The notes under the pieces were generated by a model. The model saw nothing but the letters and a program-made list of their open reading frames with translations. It was not told the DNA's origin and made no database searches. A program made the translations under genes and the position numbers. Below, piece after piece: positions 17,446 through 27,091 of a stretch of DNA of 32,000 nt (positions within the stretch are counted from its first letter, which is position 1; every line of letters starts with the position of its first letter). Source of the stretch: Lysobacteraceae bacterium (lineage in GTDB: Bacteria; Pseudomonadota; Gammaproteobacteria; Xanthomonadales; Xanthomonadaceae); contig JAISFF010000080.1 in assembly GCA_031263725.1 (NCBI GenBank), positions 18,080 to 50,079 on the forward strand, given 5' to 3'.

Positions 17446-18222
17446 ATGACCCAGCTCGTCCAAATCATCGATCACGGTCCGATCCGGGAACTCAAAATGT
17501 CGCGACCGCCGGTCAATGCCATCGACGACCAGCTGAGCCAGGATCTGATCACCGGTGTGGCCCAGGCCGTGGCCGATGGCGCGCGCGGCATCGTCCTGTC
17601 GGGAACGGAGCGGGTGTTCTCGGCGGGCATGGATGTGCCCTATCTGCTTTCGCACGGAAACGACCTTGCCGCGCTGAGCCGCAGCTGGAATCTGTTCTTC
17701 GACGCGGCGCGCGCGCTGGCGCATTCGCCCGTCCCCGTCGCGGTATCGATGGGCGGTCATTCGCCGGCGGGCGGCTGTGTACTGGCGCTGTGCTGCGATT
17801 ACCGGGTGATGGCGCGCAGCGCGGACCCGGCCCGGCCTTATGCGATCGGTCTGAACGAGGTGCAGGTCGGCCTGCCGGTGCCCGAGGGCGTTCAGCGCCT
17901 GCTGCGGCGCACGGTGGGCGCGCGGACCGCCGAACGGCTGCTGATCGGCGGCGGCATGGTCCCCACCGAACAGGCGCTCAAGATCGGTCTGATCGATGAA
18001 CTGGCCGATGGCCCTGAAGTCACCGCGCGCGCGGTGGCTTGGCTGCAATCGCTGCTGAAGCTGCCCAGCGCGCCAATGCTGTACACCCGCGCCGTAGGCC
18101 GCGCTGATCTGCTCGAAGCCTTGCGTCCGGAAATCCTGCAACTGGAAGCCGCCATCGACATGTGGCATTCGCCGGACGCGCAGGCCGGACTGCATGCATT
18201 GGCGACGCGTCTGGGCAAGTGA
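17446..18222 (+). CDS. crotonase-superfamily protein, enoyl-CoA delta-isomerase-like
   Basis: From the ATG at 17446 after GGAGA. SGTERVFSAGMDV and GGHSPAGGCVLALCCDYRVMA resemble the 3,2-trans-enoyl-CoA isomerase signature. The track N-terminus (16750) is over-extended and overlaps the PCuAC gene on the opposite strand. Confidence 0.8.
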   Translation: MTQLVQIIDHGPIRELKMSRPPVNAIDDQLSQDLITGVAQAVADGARGIVLSGTERVFSAGMDVPYLLSHGNDLAALSRSWNLFFDAARALAHSPVPVAVSMGGHSPAGGCVLALCCDYRVMARSADPARPYAIGLNEVQVGLPVPEGVQRLLRRTVGARTAERLLIGGGMVPTEQALKIGLIDELADGPEVTARAVAWLQSLLKLPSAPMLYTRAVGRADLLEALRPEILQLEAAIDMWHSPDAQAGLHALATRLGK

Positions 18223-18259
18223 TGCGACGGTGGCATTCGAGCCACCAGGCAGAACGAAG

Positions 18260-18290
18260 GCGGATCCGGACAACCGGGTCCGCTTTTCCT
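18260..18290 (+). terminator. rho-independent terminator between convergent genes
   Basis: GCGGATCCGG-acaa-CCGGGTCCGC forms a 10-bp stem with one G-U pair, followed by TTTTCCT. It starts 38 nt after the isomerase stop. Confidence 0.55.
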
Positions 18291-18372
18291 GTGGACACAA
18301 ACTTCGTCCGTTCCAAAGCTGGATCGACCAGACAGTTCACAGGCAATGCCGTCCATTCGCCAACGGGATGTA

Positions 18373-19143
18373 TCAGGCCAACGACTCCGCAGCAAATACC
18401 AGGAGATGGAAAAGCATATGCGCCAGCATGGCCGCTTCGAGGCCGACGCGACGGAACAGCACGCCTGCAACAACGGCAAACAATCCGTTTCCCATCATGA
18501 CGTACACCACGCTCTGCGCATCGAGCGCTCCCGTAATCGAACGCAGGTAGGGCAAATGCCCGGCTCCGAACAACGCGGCCGACCCCAGGATCGCTATCCA
18601 GACCGCCAGTACCGCAGGCGTCCCTCTACCCCGCTGGAATATGCGCCATATCAGCCAGAGCAATACGGACATCACGCTCCAACGCAGCAGCAGTTCTTCT
18701 GTGATTCCCCCATACAGAAGCCGTATCGGCAGCGGCATTGGCGCCACGTCTTCCGAAGCCGCCGCCAGCGCCGGCGGCATGAGCAGTCTGCCGACCCACA
18801 ATGTGGCCAAGCCGCCGATCAATCCGCCCAATGCTCCGGGAACCCATTGCGGCCGCATCGCGGCCAGTACGGAAGTCCCTTTCGCCCATGCTTCGAATGC
18901 CGGCGCCTTCAGCCCGATCCGGCCAGCGGACAGTACACCCAAGCCAATCATCAGCCCGAAGAGCAGCGCCGTCTGCCCCAAAGCACTCAGCACCACCACG
19001 CCGAGCGGCAGCGGCAGAGGTTCCAGCAAATTCCCGATGGCCTCTGGAACCTGGTGAAAAACCAGCAACGCGGCTCCCGGCAGGCAAGCCAGCCACAACA
19101 CCAGAAAGAACCGAAGCTTCCACCTCTTGTTCCGCGACTCCAT
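18373..19143 (-). CDS. CPBP-family intramembrane glutamic endopeptidase (CAAX protease/Abi fold)
   Basis: Polytopic protein with the three family motifs: EELLLR, FGAGH and HMLFH. Confidence 0.8.
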   Translation of the reverse strand: MESRNKRWKLRFFLVLWLACLPGAALLVFHQVPEAIGNLLEPLPLPLGVVVLSALGQTALLFGLMIGLGVLSAGRIGLKAPAFEAWAKGTSVLAAMRPQWVPGALGGLIGGLATLWVGRLLMPPALAAASEDVAPMPLPIRLLYGGITEELLLRWSVMSVLLWLIWRIFQRGRGTPAVLAVWIAILGSAALFGAGHLPYLRSITGALDAQSVVYVMMGNGLFAVVAGVLFRRVGLEAAMLAHMLFHLLVFAAESLA

Positions 19144-19201
19144 TCACGCCTCCAAGCCAACCGTCGTCAGTCACACCGTAACGTCGTGTCAAAGGAAAGT
19201 G

Positions 19202-20062
19202 TCAGTCGTCTCCCGTTGCGACGGGTCTGGCCGGATCGGAGATCCAGCCGCTCCACGAATCGGCGTAGATACGCGGACCCGGCAATCCGGCCGCTTCGAA
19301 CGCCAGCAGCAAATGGCAAGCCGACACTCCGGAGCCGCACATCAAGACCACCCGTTGCGGTTCCAGCCCCTGCAACTGTGCCCGCAAGGCATGCCCCAGA
19401 GCAGTGCCGTCGGTCATGACGCCGTCCTGCATATTGCGCGCGAACGGCCAATTGACGGCGCCGGGAACATGTCCCGCCACCAGATCGATCGGTTCGACTT
19501 CGCCGCGAAAACGTTCCGCGGCACGCGCATCCCACAACCAGCCGGCAGGCTCGGAAAGCCGGGCCATCACTTCATCGACCGTAACGACCCGGCTCCGATC
19601 GAAATGGCCCGGATATGCCGGCAACGGACGAATCCGTGGTGCCGCATCCGTTTCCGGCAATCCCGCGGCACGCCACGCCGACAGCCCCCCATCCAGCACC
19701 GCGACCTTGCGATGTCCACACAGCCGCAGCATCCACCAGAAGCGCGCCGCCGCCATGCTGCCATCGCCGGCGTCATAGACCACGACCTGATGCTCCGGCC
19801 CGATTCCCCATTCGCCGACATGACGCATGAACCGATCCATGTCGGGCAACGGATGACGCCCGTGCCCTGTCCGGGCGCGATCGGAAAGATCCCGGTCCAG
19901 ATCCGCATGCACGGCGCCCGGCAGATGCGATTGCCGGTATCCGGCCAGGCCCGCCTGCGGATCACCCAGCGAAAAGCGCGCATCGACGATGCACAGCAAC
20001 GAAGCGCCGCCATTCAATGCCGTCGCCAGTGTTCCGGCGCCGACCAATATCGTCCAGCTCAT
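19202..20062 (-). CDS. sseA: tandem-rhodanese sulfurtransferase (thiosulfate/3-mercaptopyruvate type)
   Basis: Two rhodanese domains with the active-site loop CGSGVSAC in the second, and GHLPGAVH / GHVPGAVNWP motifs. Confidence 0.8.
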   Translation of the reverse strand: MSWTILVGAGTLATALNGGASLLCIVDARFSLGDPQAGLAGYRQSHLPGAVHADLDRDLSDRARTGHGRHPLPDMDRFMRHVGEWGIGPEHQVVVYDAGDGSMAAARFWWMLRLCGHRKVAVLDGGLSAWRAAGLPETDAAPRIRPLPAYPGHFDRSRVVTVDEVMARLSEPAGWLWDARAAERFRGEVEPIDLVAGHVPGAVNWPFARNMQDGVMTDGTALGHALRAQLQGLEPQRVVLMCGSGVSACHLLLAFEAAGLPGPRIYADSWSGWISDPARPVATGDD

Positions 20063-20718
20063 GCTGTCCGCTCCATCCGCCAGCGCAGATTGCTCAGGAT
20101 GGCCGCCGTCGCGCCCCAGATGCGCTGCCCGGGCCAGTCGTATTCCAGTACCGTGTGCGGCCTGCCACGATATTCCATGTTCACGCGGCGCAGATGACCG
20201 GGGGTCATCAGATAGTCCAGCGGCACTTCGAACACTTCGGTGACTTCGGCCGGCGCCGGTCTGGCGATGTAGGCGGGATCGACCGTCGCCACCACCGGCG
20301 TAACCCGAAAACCGCTGATGGTGACGAAGGGATCCAGATATCCCAGTGGTGCGACCTGCTCCTGCCGCAGGCCGACTTCCTCGCTGCTTTCGCGCAATGC
20401 GGCGGCAATCACGCTGCTGTCGTCATGGTCGCAACGACCGCCCGGGAAACTCACCTGTCCGCCGTGATGGCGCAGGTTCTCGTTGCGACGCGTCAGCAGC
20501 ACCTGGGTACCCGCTGAACGCGGCACCAGACCGACCAGCACCGCGGCTTCGGCCAGCGGCTGCGAGGGCAGCAGACCGGTCAGATCGTCCCAGTTCCAGC
20601 CTTTGCCGGCGGGCGGCTGATTCAATGGATAGAGCGCACCGCGCAGACGATCGCGCTCGAACAGATGCCGCGCGAAGGAAAATCGCCCGAATTCCGCTTC
20701 CGGCATGGCTTCACTCAT
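20059..20718 (-). CDS. nudL: CoA pyrophosphatase (Nudix hydrolase, NudL type)
   Basis: Nudix box GGRCDHDDSSVIAAALRESSEEVGL, preceded by the CoA-type motif LLTRRNENLRHHGGQVSFPGG. Its stop overlaps the sseA start (ATGA). Confidence 0.8.
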   Translation of the reverse strand: MSEAMPEAEFGRFSFARHLFERDRLRGALYPLNQPPAGKGWNWDDLTGLLPSQPLAEAAVLVGLVPRSAGTQVLLTRRNENLRHHGGQVSFPGGRCDHDDSSVIAAALRESSEEVGLRQEQVAPLGYLDPFVTISGFRVTPVVATVDPAYIARPAPAEVTEVFEVPLDYLMTPGHLRRVNMEYRGRPHTVLEYDWPGQRIWGATAAILSNLRWRMERTA

Positions 20719-21012
20719 CGTGGCGTTCCGGGTTCATTCCATCGATCCGGCGATTCCGCGCTTCTGGAAAGCTGCCGATGGATCTCGACCCGTCCGCCCG
20801 TTGCGACCGCAAACAATCCAAGGCAATCATCACTGTCGGTTCCTGTCACACCGTCGCCAGATTACTACGGATGTCCCGGATCGGAACGGGAGCATGCCGC
20901 CTCATTGGTCGCGGCCGCCACCGCCGGATACGACAACGCCGGCGCGAGGCCGGCGCTGTCATCGCCAGCGCATGCACGGAACATGCCCCGGCAGATCGAA
21001 GTCGATTTCGAC

Positions 21013-21714
21013 TTACTTGATCGAAACCAGCTTGATTTCGAAAACCACGGCCACATTCGGCGGGAACGGCGTGCGCGGATCGGCGCCATAGGCCTGCTCC
21101 GGCGGCATCGCGACTTCCCACTTGGCGCCGACCGGCATCTGCTGCAACACTTCGCGCATGGCCTGCATCTGGATCTCGCTGATGCGGGTTGCGTCGATCT
21201 GCTGCGGCGGACGCACTTCCTGCGGACGCTGGCCGAACGGATACGGACCCGACACTTCCAGTTGCACCGTGCTGGACTGGGTCGGCTTGGCGCCGCTGCC
21301 AGCCTCGATCACGCGGTACTGCACGCCGCTCGGCAGCGCCTGCACGCCGGACTGGGCGCGGTTCTGCGCCAGGAATTGGTCGCTACGGCTCTTGTTCTCG
21401 GCGGCCTGACGATCGTATTCGGCCTTGGCGCGCTCGGCGCGGGCCTGCTCGCGCTGCTGGAAGGATTCGATCACCGGGCGCAGCTGGTCCTCGGTCACGG
21501 CCGGATCGCGCTTGGCCATCGCGTCCTGAAGTCCCTTGACCACCGTCGCCACATCCAACTGTTCACCACGCTCGCCGAGCTGCGAAAGATTGTTGCCGTA
21601 GTCGTAACCGAAGTAGTAGCTCAGTTTGCCTTTTTCAGACGCAAGGTCCTGGGCGAAGGCGGTACCTGCCATGCTGAAGGCCGCCAAGGCGACCATGATC
21701 GAACGCAGCTTCAT
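21013..21714 (-). CDS. periplasmic FkpA/Mip-like protein with a divergent FKBP domain
   Basis: From the ATG at 21712-21714 there is a signal peptide MKLRSIMVALAAFSMAGTAFA. It has an FkpA-type N-terminal dimerisation helix region and a C-terminal domain with FKBP-like edges (LPSGVQYRVIEAGSGAKP ... AYG ... VVFEIKLVSI). Confidence 0.75.
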   Translation of the reverse strand: MKLRSIMVALAAFSMAGTAFAQDLASEKGKLSYYFGYDYGNNLSQLGERGEQLDVATVVKGLQDAMAKRDPAVTEDQLRPVIESFQQREQARAERAKAEYDRQAAENKSRSDQFLAQNRAQSGVQALPSGVQYRVIEAGSGAKPTQSSTVQLEVSGPYPFGQRPQEVRPPQQIDATRISEIQMQAMREVLQQMPVGAKWEVAMPPEQAYGADPRTPFPPNVAVVFEIKLVSIK

Positions 21715-21895
21715 TGCAATTAAACCTCTGGAGGGTAAGTAAATACTTCGGGCCATGACCCGAAGCGATCAAGACGCGTTAGGATAACGGTCGCCGAAAC
21801 GGTCCGCTACTCCAAATCGAGCGTTTTCGACACGAAATCACGCCCGAAGTTCATATTTACCAATATTTCACAAACGCCAGACGTAGAGATCATCC

Positions 21896-22678
21896 ATGCC
21901 CGACAGTCCCCTCCTCGTCCAGGATCATGGCGCGATCCGCCGGCTCGTCGTCAATCGTCCGGACAAGCTCAACGCATTGAATTTGGAGACGATTGCCGCG
22001 CTGGACGCGGCCTTCGCCGATGCCGGGCAAGATGCCGCCGTCCGCGTCGTCGTCCTGACCGGCACGGGAAGCAAGGCGTTTGTCGCCGGCGCCGACATCG
22101 CGCAGATGAACAGTCTGCCCGCAATCGAAGGAAGAGAATTTTCACGGCGTGGGCAGCAGTTGATGCGCCGGATCGAACGTTTGCCGAAACCGGTGATCGC
22201 GATGGTCAACGGCTACGCGCTCGGTGGCGGGCTGGAACTGGCCATGTGCTGCCATCTGCGTATCGCTTCCGACACCGCCAGGCTCGGACAGCCCGAAATC
22301 AACCTCGGACTGATTCCAGGCTTCGGCGGCACGCAACGTCTGTTGCGACTCGCCGGACGTGCGGCCGCGCTGGAGCTGTGCCTGCTGGGCGCTCCGATCG
22401 ATGCGGCCCGGGCGCAGCAACTGGGAATCGTCAACCGGGTCGTGTCCACGGCCGATCTGGAAGGCGAAACCGCCAGACTTGCGGAGCAGCTCGCCCAGGC
22501 CGCGCCTCTCGCATTGCGCGGCATTCTCGATGCGGTCGTCCTCGGCGGCGAATGCGCGCTGGAGGAAGGCCTGGCGTTCGAGACCGCGCAGTTCGGTTTG
22601 CTGTTTGCGACCGAAGACATGCGCGAAGGCACATCCGCCTTCCTGGAAAAGCGCAAGCCCATTTTCAGGAACCAGTGA
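21896..22678 (+). CDS. enoyl-CoA hydratase (crotonase family)
   Basis: 260 aa. The motifs GSKAFVAGADI, NGYALGGGLELAMCCHLRIAS and TEDMREGTSAFLEKRKP are canonical crotonase motifs, including both catalytic Glu contexts. Confidence 0.85.
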   Translation: MPDSPLLVQDHGAIRRLVVNRPDKLNALNLETIAALDAAFADAGQDAAVRVVVLTGTGSKAFVAGADIAQMNSLPAIEGREFSRRGQQLMRRIERLPKPVIAMVNGYALGGGLELAMCCHLRIASDTARLGQPEINLGLIPGFGGTQRLLRLAGRAAALELCLLGAPIDAARAQQLGIVNRVVSTADLEGETARLAEQLAQAAPLALRGILDAVVLGGECALEEGLAFETAQFGLLFATEDMREGTSAFLEKRKPIFRNQ

Positions 22679-22700
22679 TCCTCCGCGCCCGCAAGAACAT

Positions 22701-23078
22701 ATGCTCATGGTTTCATTCACTCCATCACGACTGCAACAACTGCTCGACCTGCTCCGGGCCGGCAATGTGGACGGCGCCATCGAAAACGGCCTGATGGACT
22801 ACGTCGCCACTCCCGAAGACTCCCGGCTCGATGCGCCGGTACTCGAGGCACAGCGTCGTCTGCAAGCAGCATGGCAAGCACGCGATCGTTATCACGCATT
22901 CCGCGAACGCCTGGAAACGCGCGGCAAACAGCGGCGCCTTCCTCCCGGCGCGGTCACCATCGGCGAACGACAGCCGCGCATGGGCGGAGGTTTCTGCGCG
23001 ACGACGGCGTTGCCGCCCGATATCGCCGAGATCCTGGCGCGCGCCAAGGCCAAGGCCTCCAGGAGCGGCAGCAAGTGA
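22701..23078 (+). CDS. hypothetical protein (125 aa), no family recognised
   Basis: The ATG at 22701 lies in the open frame of track ORF 22359..23078. GC3-rich codon usage matches the neighbours, and it fills the ech-nth gap on the same strand. I recognise no motif. Confidence 0.4.
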   Translation: MLMVSFTPSRLQQLLDLLRAGNVDGAIENGLMDYVATPEDSRLDAPVLEAQRRLQAAWQARDRYHAFRERLETRGKQRRLPPGAVTIGERQPRMGGGFCATTALPPDIAEILARAKAKASRSGSK

Positions 23079-23101
23079 AGACTGCCGCAACAAGGAACAA
23101 G

Positions 23102-23818
23102 ATGGTTCGCAAGGCAATGGTTACGAAGTCCGCCACTACGACCAAGACACGTTCTTCCCGCGGCGCGCGCGCGCGCCGCCTGAGCGCCGCCCAGATCCAT
23201 ACGCTGTTTGCGCGCCTGGCCGAACTGGATCCCAATCCCAGCACCGAATTGCACTATGCATCTCCATTCGAGCTGCTGGTCGCGGTGATCCTGTCCGCCC
23301 AGGCCACCGATGTCGGTGTCAACAAGGCTACCGACAAGCTGTTCCCGGTAGCCAACACGCCCGGCAAAATCCTCGCACTGGGCGAAGACGGACTGAAGCC
23401 ATACATCTCCAGCATCGGGCTGTACAATGGCAAGGCAAAGAACATCATCGCCACCTGCAAAATCCTGATTGCTCAATATGGCGGAAAGGTGCCGCATGAC
23501 CGCGCCGCGCTGGAAGCGCTGCCCGGTGTCGGTCGCAAGACCGCGAACGTGGTGCTGAATACCGCTTTCGGCGAACCGACCATCGCGGTGGATACGCATA
23601 TCTTCCGTGTCGCCAATCGCACCGGTCTGGCGCCAGGCAAAGATGTGCGCGCCGTGGAGGATGGCCTGCTGGAAGTGGTGCCCGCCGAGTTCAGGCAGCA
23701 TGCGCATCACTGGCTGATCCTGCATGGACGCTATGTCTGCAAGGCGCGAAAACCGGATTGCGGGCATTGCGTGATCCGGGACCTGTGCAAATTTCCGGAC
23801 AAATCGCCGGCCGAATAG
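23102..23818 (+). CDS. nth: endonuclease III
   Basis: HhH-GPD motif LPGVGRKTANVVL, catalytic Lys/Asp context (TIAVDTHIFRV), and a C-x6-C-x2-C-x5-C Fe-S cluster loop (CKARKPDCGHCVIRDLC). The start is the ATG at 23102. An in-frame GTG at 23075 overlapping the upstream stop is an alternative. Confidence 0.92.
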   Translation: MVRKAMVTKSATTTKTRSSRGARARRLSAAQIHTLFARLAELDPNPSTELHYASPFELLVAVILSAQATDVGVNKATDKLFPVANTPGKILALGEDGLKPYISSIGLYNGKAKNIIATCKILIAQYGGKVPHDRAALEALPGVGRKTANVVLNTAFGEPTIAVDTHIFRVANRTGLAPGKDVRAVEDGLLEVVPAEFRQHAHHWLILHGRYVCKARKPDCGHCVIRDLCKFPDKSPAE

Positions 23819-23904
23819 ACCGCCGCTCAGGCAACGCATCCACCCCAATCAACAATGGCCCGGAATCGCCGATCAGGTGATTCGGGTCCGGTAGCCTTCT
23901 CCAA

Positions 23905-24552
23905 ATGAACCCAAGCACGCCCTCTCCCGCCGTCGTCTCCGCCATGTCCCAGCGTTTCCGCGGCTTTCTGCCCGTGGTAGTGGACGTGGAAACGGGCGGT
24001 TTCGACTGGAACCGGCATGCCTTGCTGGAAATCGCGGCAGTCCCGATCGAAATGAACGAGGACGGCCTGCTGGTCCCGGGCGAAGTGGCCGGCGCGCATG
24101 TGATCCCGGCACCCGCCACCGAGATCGATCCCAAGTCGCTGGAGATCACCGGTATCATCATCGACTCCCCGTTCCGCCTCGCGAAACCGGAGAAGGAAGC
24201 GCTGAACCACGTATTCGCGCCGGTGCGCGCGGCGGTCAAGAAATACAATTGCCGGCGCGCGATCCTGGTCGGACACAACGCCCATTTCGATCTCAGCTTC
24301 CTCAATGCCGCCGTCGCCCGCACCGGGCACAAGCGCAACCCGTTCCACCCGTTCAGCGTTTTCGATACAGTGACCCTGGCGGGTGTCGCTTACAGGCAAA
24401 CCGTCCTGGCGCGCGCCGTGCAGGCCGCGGGCATGGACTGGAATCCCGAGGAAGCGCATTCGGCCATCTACGACACCGAGCAGACGGCACGGCTGTTCTG
24501 CAATATCGTCAACATGTGGCCCGCCCCGGCCGTTGTTCCATCGATGGAGTGA
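23905..24552 (+). CDS. rnt: ribonuclease T
   Basis: DEDDh exonuclease motifs [20 protein letters not shown] and HSAIYDTE, and the RNase T-like [10 protein letters not shown]-terminus. Confidence 0.9.
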   Translation: MNPSTPSPAVVSAMSQRFRGFLPVVVDVETGGFDWNRHALLEIAAVPIEMNEDGLLVPGEVAGAHVIPAPATEIDPKSLEITGIIIDSPFRLAKPEKEALNHVFAPVRAAVKKYNCRRAILVGHNAHFDLSFLNAAVARTGHKRNPFHPFSVFDTVTLAGVAYRQTVLARAVQAAGMDWNPEEAHSAIYDTEQTARLFCNIVNMWPAPAVVPSME

Positions 24553-24589
24553 TCCGGCGACCGCTCCTGTCCCGCGCGGAGAAACCGTC

Positions 24590-25102
24590 ATGAAGCTGAG
24601 CGCAATCAAGGCCGACATCACTACTTTGCGTGTCGACGCGATCGTCAACGCGGCCAACGGCTCCCTGCTCGGCGGTGGCGGTGTGGATGGCGCCATCCAC
24701 CGCGTCGCCGGTCCCGAACTGCTTGCCGAATGCAGGCGACTGCACGGCTGCGAAACCGGCGACGCCAAAATCACGAAGGGCTATCGGCTGCCCGCTCGCC
24801 ATGTCATCCATACCGTCGGACCGGTCTGGAGGGATGGCCGCCACAACGAGGCCGGATTGCTGGCTTCGTGCTATCGGCGCAGCCTGGAAGTGGCCGCCGA
24901 CAACGCCATCGCCAGCATCGCCTTCCCCAGCATCAGCACCGGCGTCTACCACTTCCCGGCCACCGCCGCCGCCAGGATAGCGGTCCGGACCGTCATCGAG
25001 GCACTGCCGATGCATCCGGATGTCGGCGAAGTCGTGTTCTGCTGCTTCTCGGACAAGGATTTGGAGCTGTACCAGTCGCTGCTCGACGCGTCGGCAATCT
25101 GA
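24590..25102 (+). CDS. ymdB: macro-domain protein, O-acetyl-ADP-ribose deacetylase type
   Basis: From the ATG at 24590: [30 protein letters not shown] and [13 protein letters not shown] are macro-domain signatures. Length is 170 aa. Confidence 0.85.
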   Translation: MKLSAIKADITTLRVDAIVNAANGSLLGGGGVDGAIHRVAGPELLAECRRLHGCETGDAKITKGYRLPARHVIHTVGPVWRDGRHNEAGLLASCYRRSLEVAADNAIASIAFPSISTGVYHFPATAAARIAVRTVIEALPMHPDVGEVVFCCFSDKDLELYQSLLDASAI

Positions 25103-25200
25103 ACCGATTTTCATCGCGGCGGCGGGAACCGCAAAGTCCGCGACAAGAAACATTCCGCCGGACATTTGCCGGGAGTCCGCTGCCGGTGGAACCGGACCCG

Positions 25201-26754
25201 CTACGCGTACATTACCTTCAGTTCGCGCTTGAGCAGTTTGCCCGCCGCGCTGCGCGGCAGGTTGTCGCGGAAGAAGATCTTCTTGGGCACTTTGAATTTC
25301 GCCAGATGCTCCTGGCAATAATCGATCAATTCAGCCTCGCTGACATACTGTCCGTCGCGCCGTACGATGATCGCGGCGACCACTTCGATCCAGCGCTTGT
25401 CGGGAAGCGCGATCACCGCGATCTCGGATACCGCCGGATGCTGATAGAGGCACTCCTCGACTTCGCGGCTTGAAACCTGCACGCCACCGGTTTTGATCAC
25501 ATCCTTGACTCGGTCGACGATATACAGATAGCCCTCCGCATCGAGGTAGCCCAGATCGCCCGAGTGGAACCATCCATCGCGAAAGGCTTCCAGGGTTTCT
25601 CCCACTTTCTCCCAATAGCCCAACAGCAATTGCGGAGAACGATGCACGATCTCGCCATGCTCGCCCGGAGGCACCGGCTTGCCTTCCTCGTCGACGATGC
25701 GCGTCTGCACATTGAATACCGGCCGTCCGGCCGAAGCCGGCCGCTGCTCGTGATCCTCCGGTCGCAATACCGTGGCCAGTGGCCCGATTTCGCTCTGTCC
25801 GTAGCAGTTGAACAGACGAACCGGCAAACGCTGGCTCAATTCCTGCAATACCGGGACCGGCATGATCGATGCGCCGTAATAACCCTTGCGCAAGCTGCGC
25901 AAATCGTAGCGATCGAAATCCGGATGGCGCAGCAGCGAGATCCATACCGTCGGCGGTGCGAAAAACGATGTGGCCGTCTCGTGCGCGATCGATTCCAGGC
26001 AAAGCTCCGGCTGCGCCGCGCGCAGGATTCTGCAGCGCGCGCCTATCAGCAACAGGGGCATGACGAAGACATGCATCTGCGCCGAGTGATAAAGCGGCAA
26101 GGCGGCCAGCGCCACATCGCCGGATTCGATTTCCAGCGCCGCCAGCGCGCTGGCGTATTCGGCCAGCAAAGCGCCATGCGTCAGCATCGCACCCTTCGGC
26201 TGTGCGGTCGTACCGGAGGTATAGAGGATCTGCACCAGATCACCATGATCGATCGCCGCATGAACCGGGCGATCGTTGCCCTCCATCCGGGCCAGCGCCA
26301 GCGCGTCCAGTCCACGGCCACCATGCAGCGTGCCGGTGAATGCCACGATCTCCCTTTCCAGCAGCGGCGCAACACGCTCCTCGTCGCCGATGTCATGAAA
26401 CAGCGCGCGACAACCCGACTGCCCGACGATATAGGTCAGTTCGTCCGTGGTCAGCGAATGATTGATCGGTACATGCACCAGTCCCGCCTTGGCGCACGCG
26501 AGCCAGAAAATCACGTACGCATCCGAATTGCCGCCGTAGGCGGCGACCCGCTCGCCTGCGGACAGGCCGAGCTCGAGGAGCCGATACGCGAGCCGGTTGC
26601 TGGCCTTGTCCAGCTCCTGGTATGTCCAGGAGCGATCCTCGAAAGACAGCGCAACCGCGTCAAGATAACGCTGCGCCGATCTGGACAAAGCATCACCGAT
26701 CGTATTGCGGCGGGCACGATGAATCAGCTCTTCCGCATGAGGCTGCAAATGCAT
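25201..26754 (-). CDS. AMP-dependent acyl-CoA synthetase/ligase
   Basis: From the ATG at 26752-26754 (the track TTG at 26820 is less likely). Motifs are YTSGTTAQPKGAMLTH, CYGQSEIGP, HSGDLGYLDAEGYLYIVDRVKDVIKTGG and a C-terminal GKLLKRELK. Confidence 0.85.
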   Translation of the reverse strand: MHLQPHAEELIHRARRNTIGDALSRSAQRYLDAVALSFEDRSWTYQELDKASNRLAYRLLELGLSAGERVAAYGGNSDAYVIFWLACAKAGLVHVPINHSLTTDELTYIVGQSGCRALFHDIGDEERVAPLLEREIVAFTGTLHGGRGLDALALARMEGNDRPVHAAIDHGDLVQILYTSGTTAQPKGAMLTHGALLAEYASALAALEIESGDVALAALPLYHSAQMHVFVMPLLLIGARCRILRAAQPELCLESIAHETATSFFAPPTVWISLLRHPDFDRYDLRSLRKGYYGASIMPVPVLQELSQRLPVRLFNCYGQSEIGPLATVLRPEDHEQRPASAGRPVFNVQTRIVDEEGKPVPPGEHGEIVHRSPQLLLGYWEKVGETLEAFRDGWFHSGDLGYLDAEGYLYIVDRVKDVIKTGGVQVSSREVEECLYQHPAVSEIAVIALPDKRWIEVVAAIIVRRDGQYVSEAELIDYCQEHLAKFKVPKKIFFRDNLPRSAAGKLLKRELKVMYA

Positions 26755-27064
26755 GACAGTATCCCTAGTATCACTTCCCCTCACAGCATATACGCTGGAG
26801 AAACGCAGGGTATTGGACAAAGGTTGCAGTTATGCGAACCGACATCACCTGGCGGATCGGGCTATTTTGCAGATCGGCATTCGGCCATATCAATGGTCAG
26901 CCTATTTACTGCCGATTGATTCTCATAAAAAGCTCATCGCACTGCCGCATATTTTGTCTCACGCCTGCACTGAATCACATAACCTTCGCAGCTACTCGTG
27001 GGCAATGGATTATCCAGATCAATGCAAGAGTGAATCCAGCGATTATCATAACCTGCGCACGCCG

Positions 27065-27091
27065 CATGACGAACATGACGAACATGACGAA
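27065..27091. repeat. perfect 9-bp tandem repeat (CATGACGAA)x3
   Basis: Read directly: CATGACGAA at 27065-27073, 27074-27082 and 27083-27091, inside an AT-rich non-coding stretch. Confidence 0.9.

Noticed and set aside
20719-21012. 294-nt spacer between nudL and the FKBP gene, with hairpins (AAGTCG-aaat-CGACTT over the FKBP stop; CGCCGG-n7-CCGGCG at about 20937-20956)
   Set aside because: The stems are short (6 bp) and have no U-tails. No ORF or recognisable RNA motif is present. This is probably ordinary terminator/promoter space.
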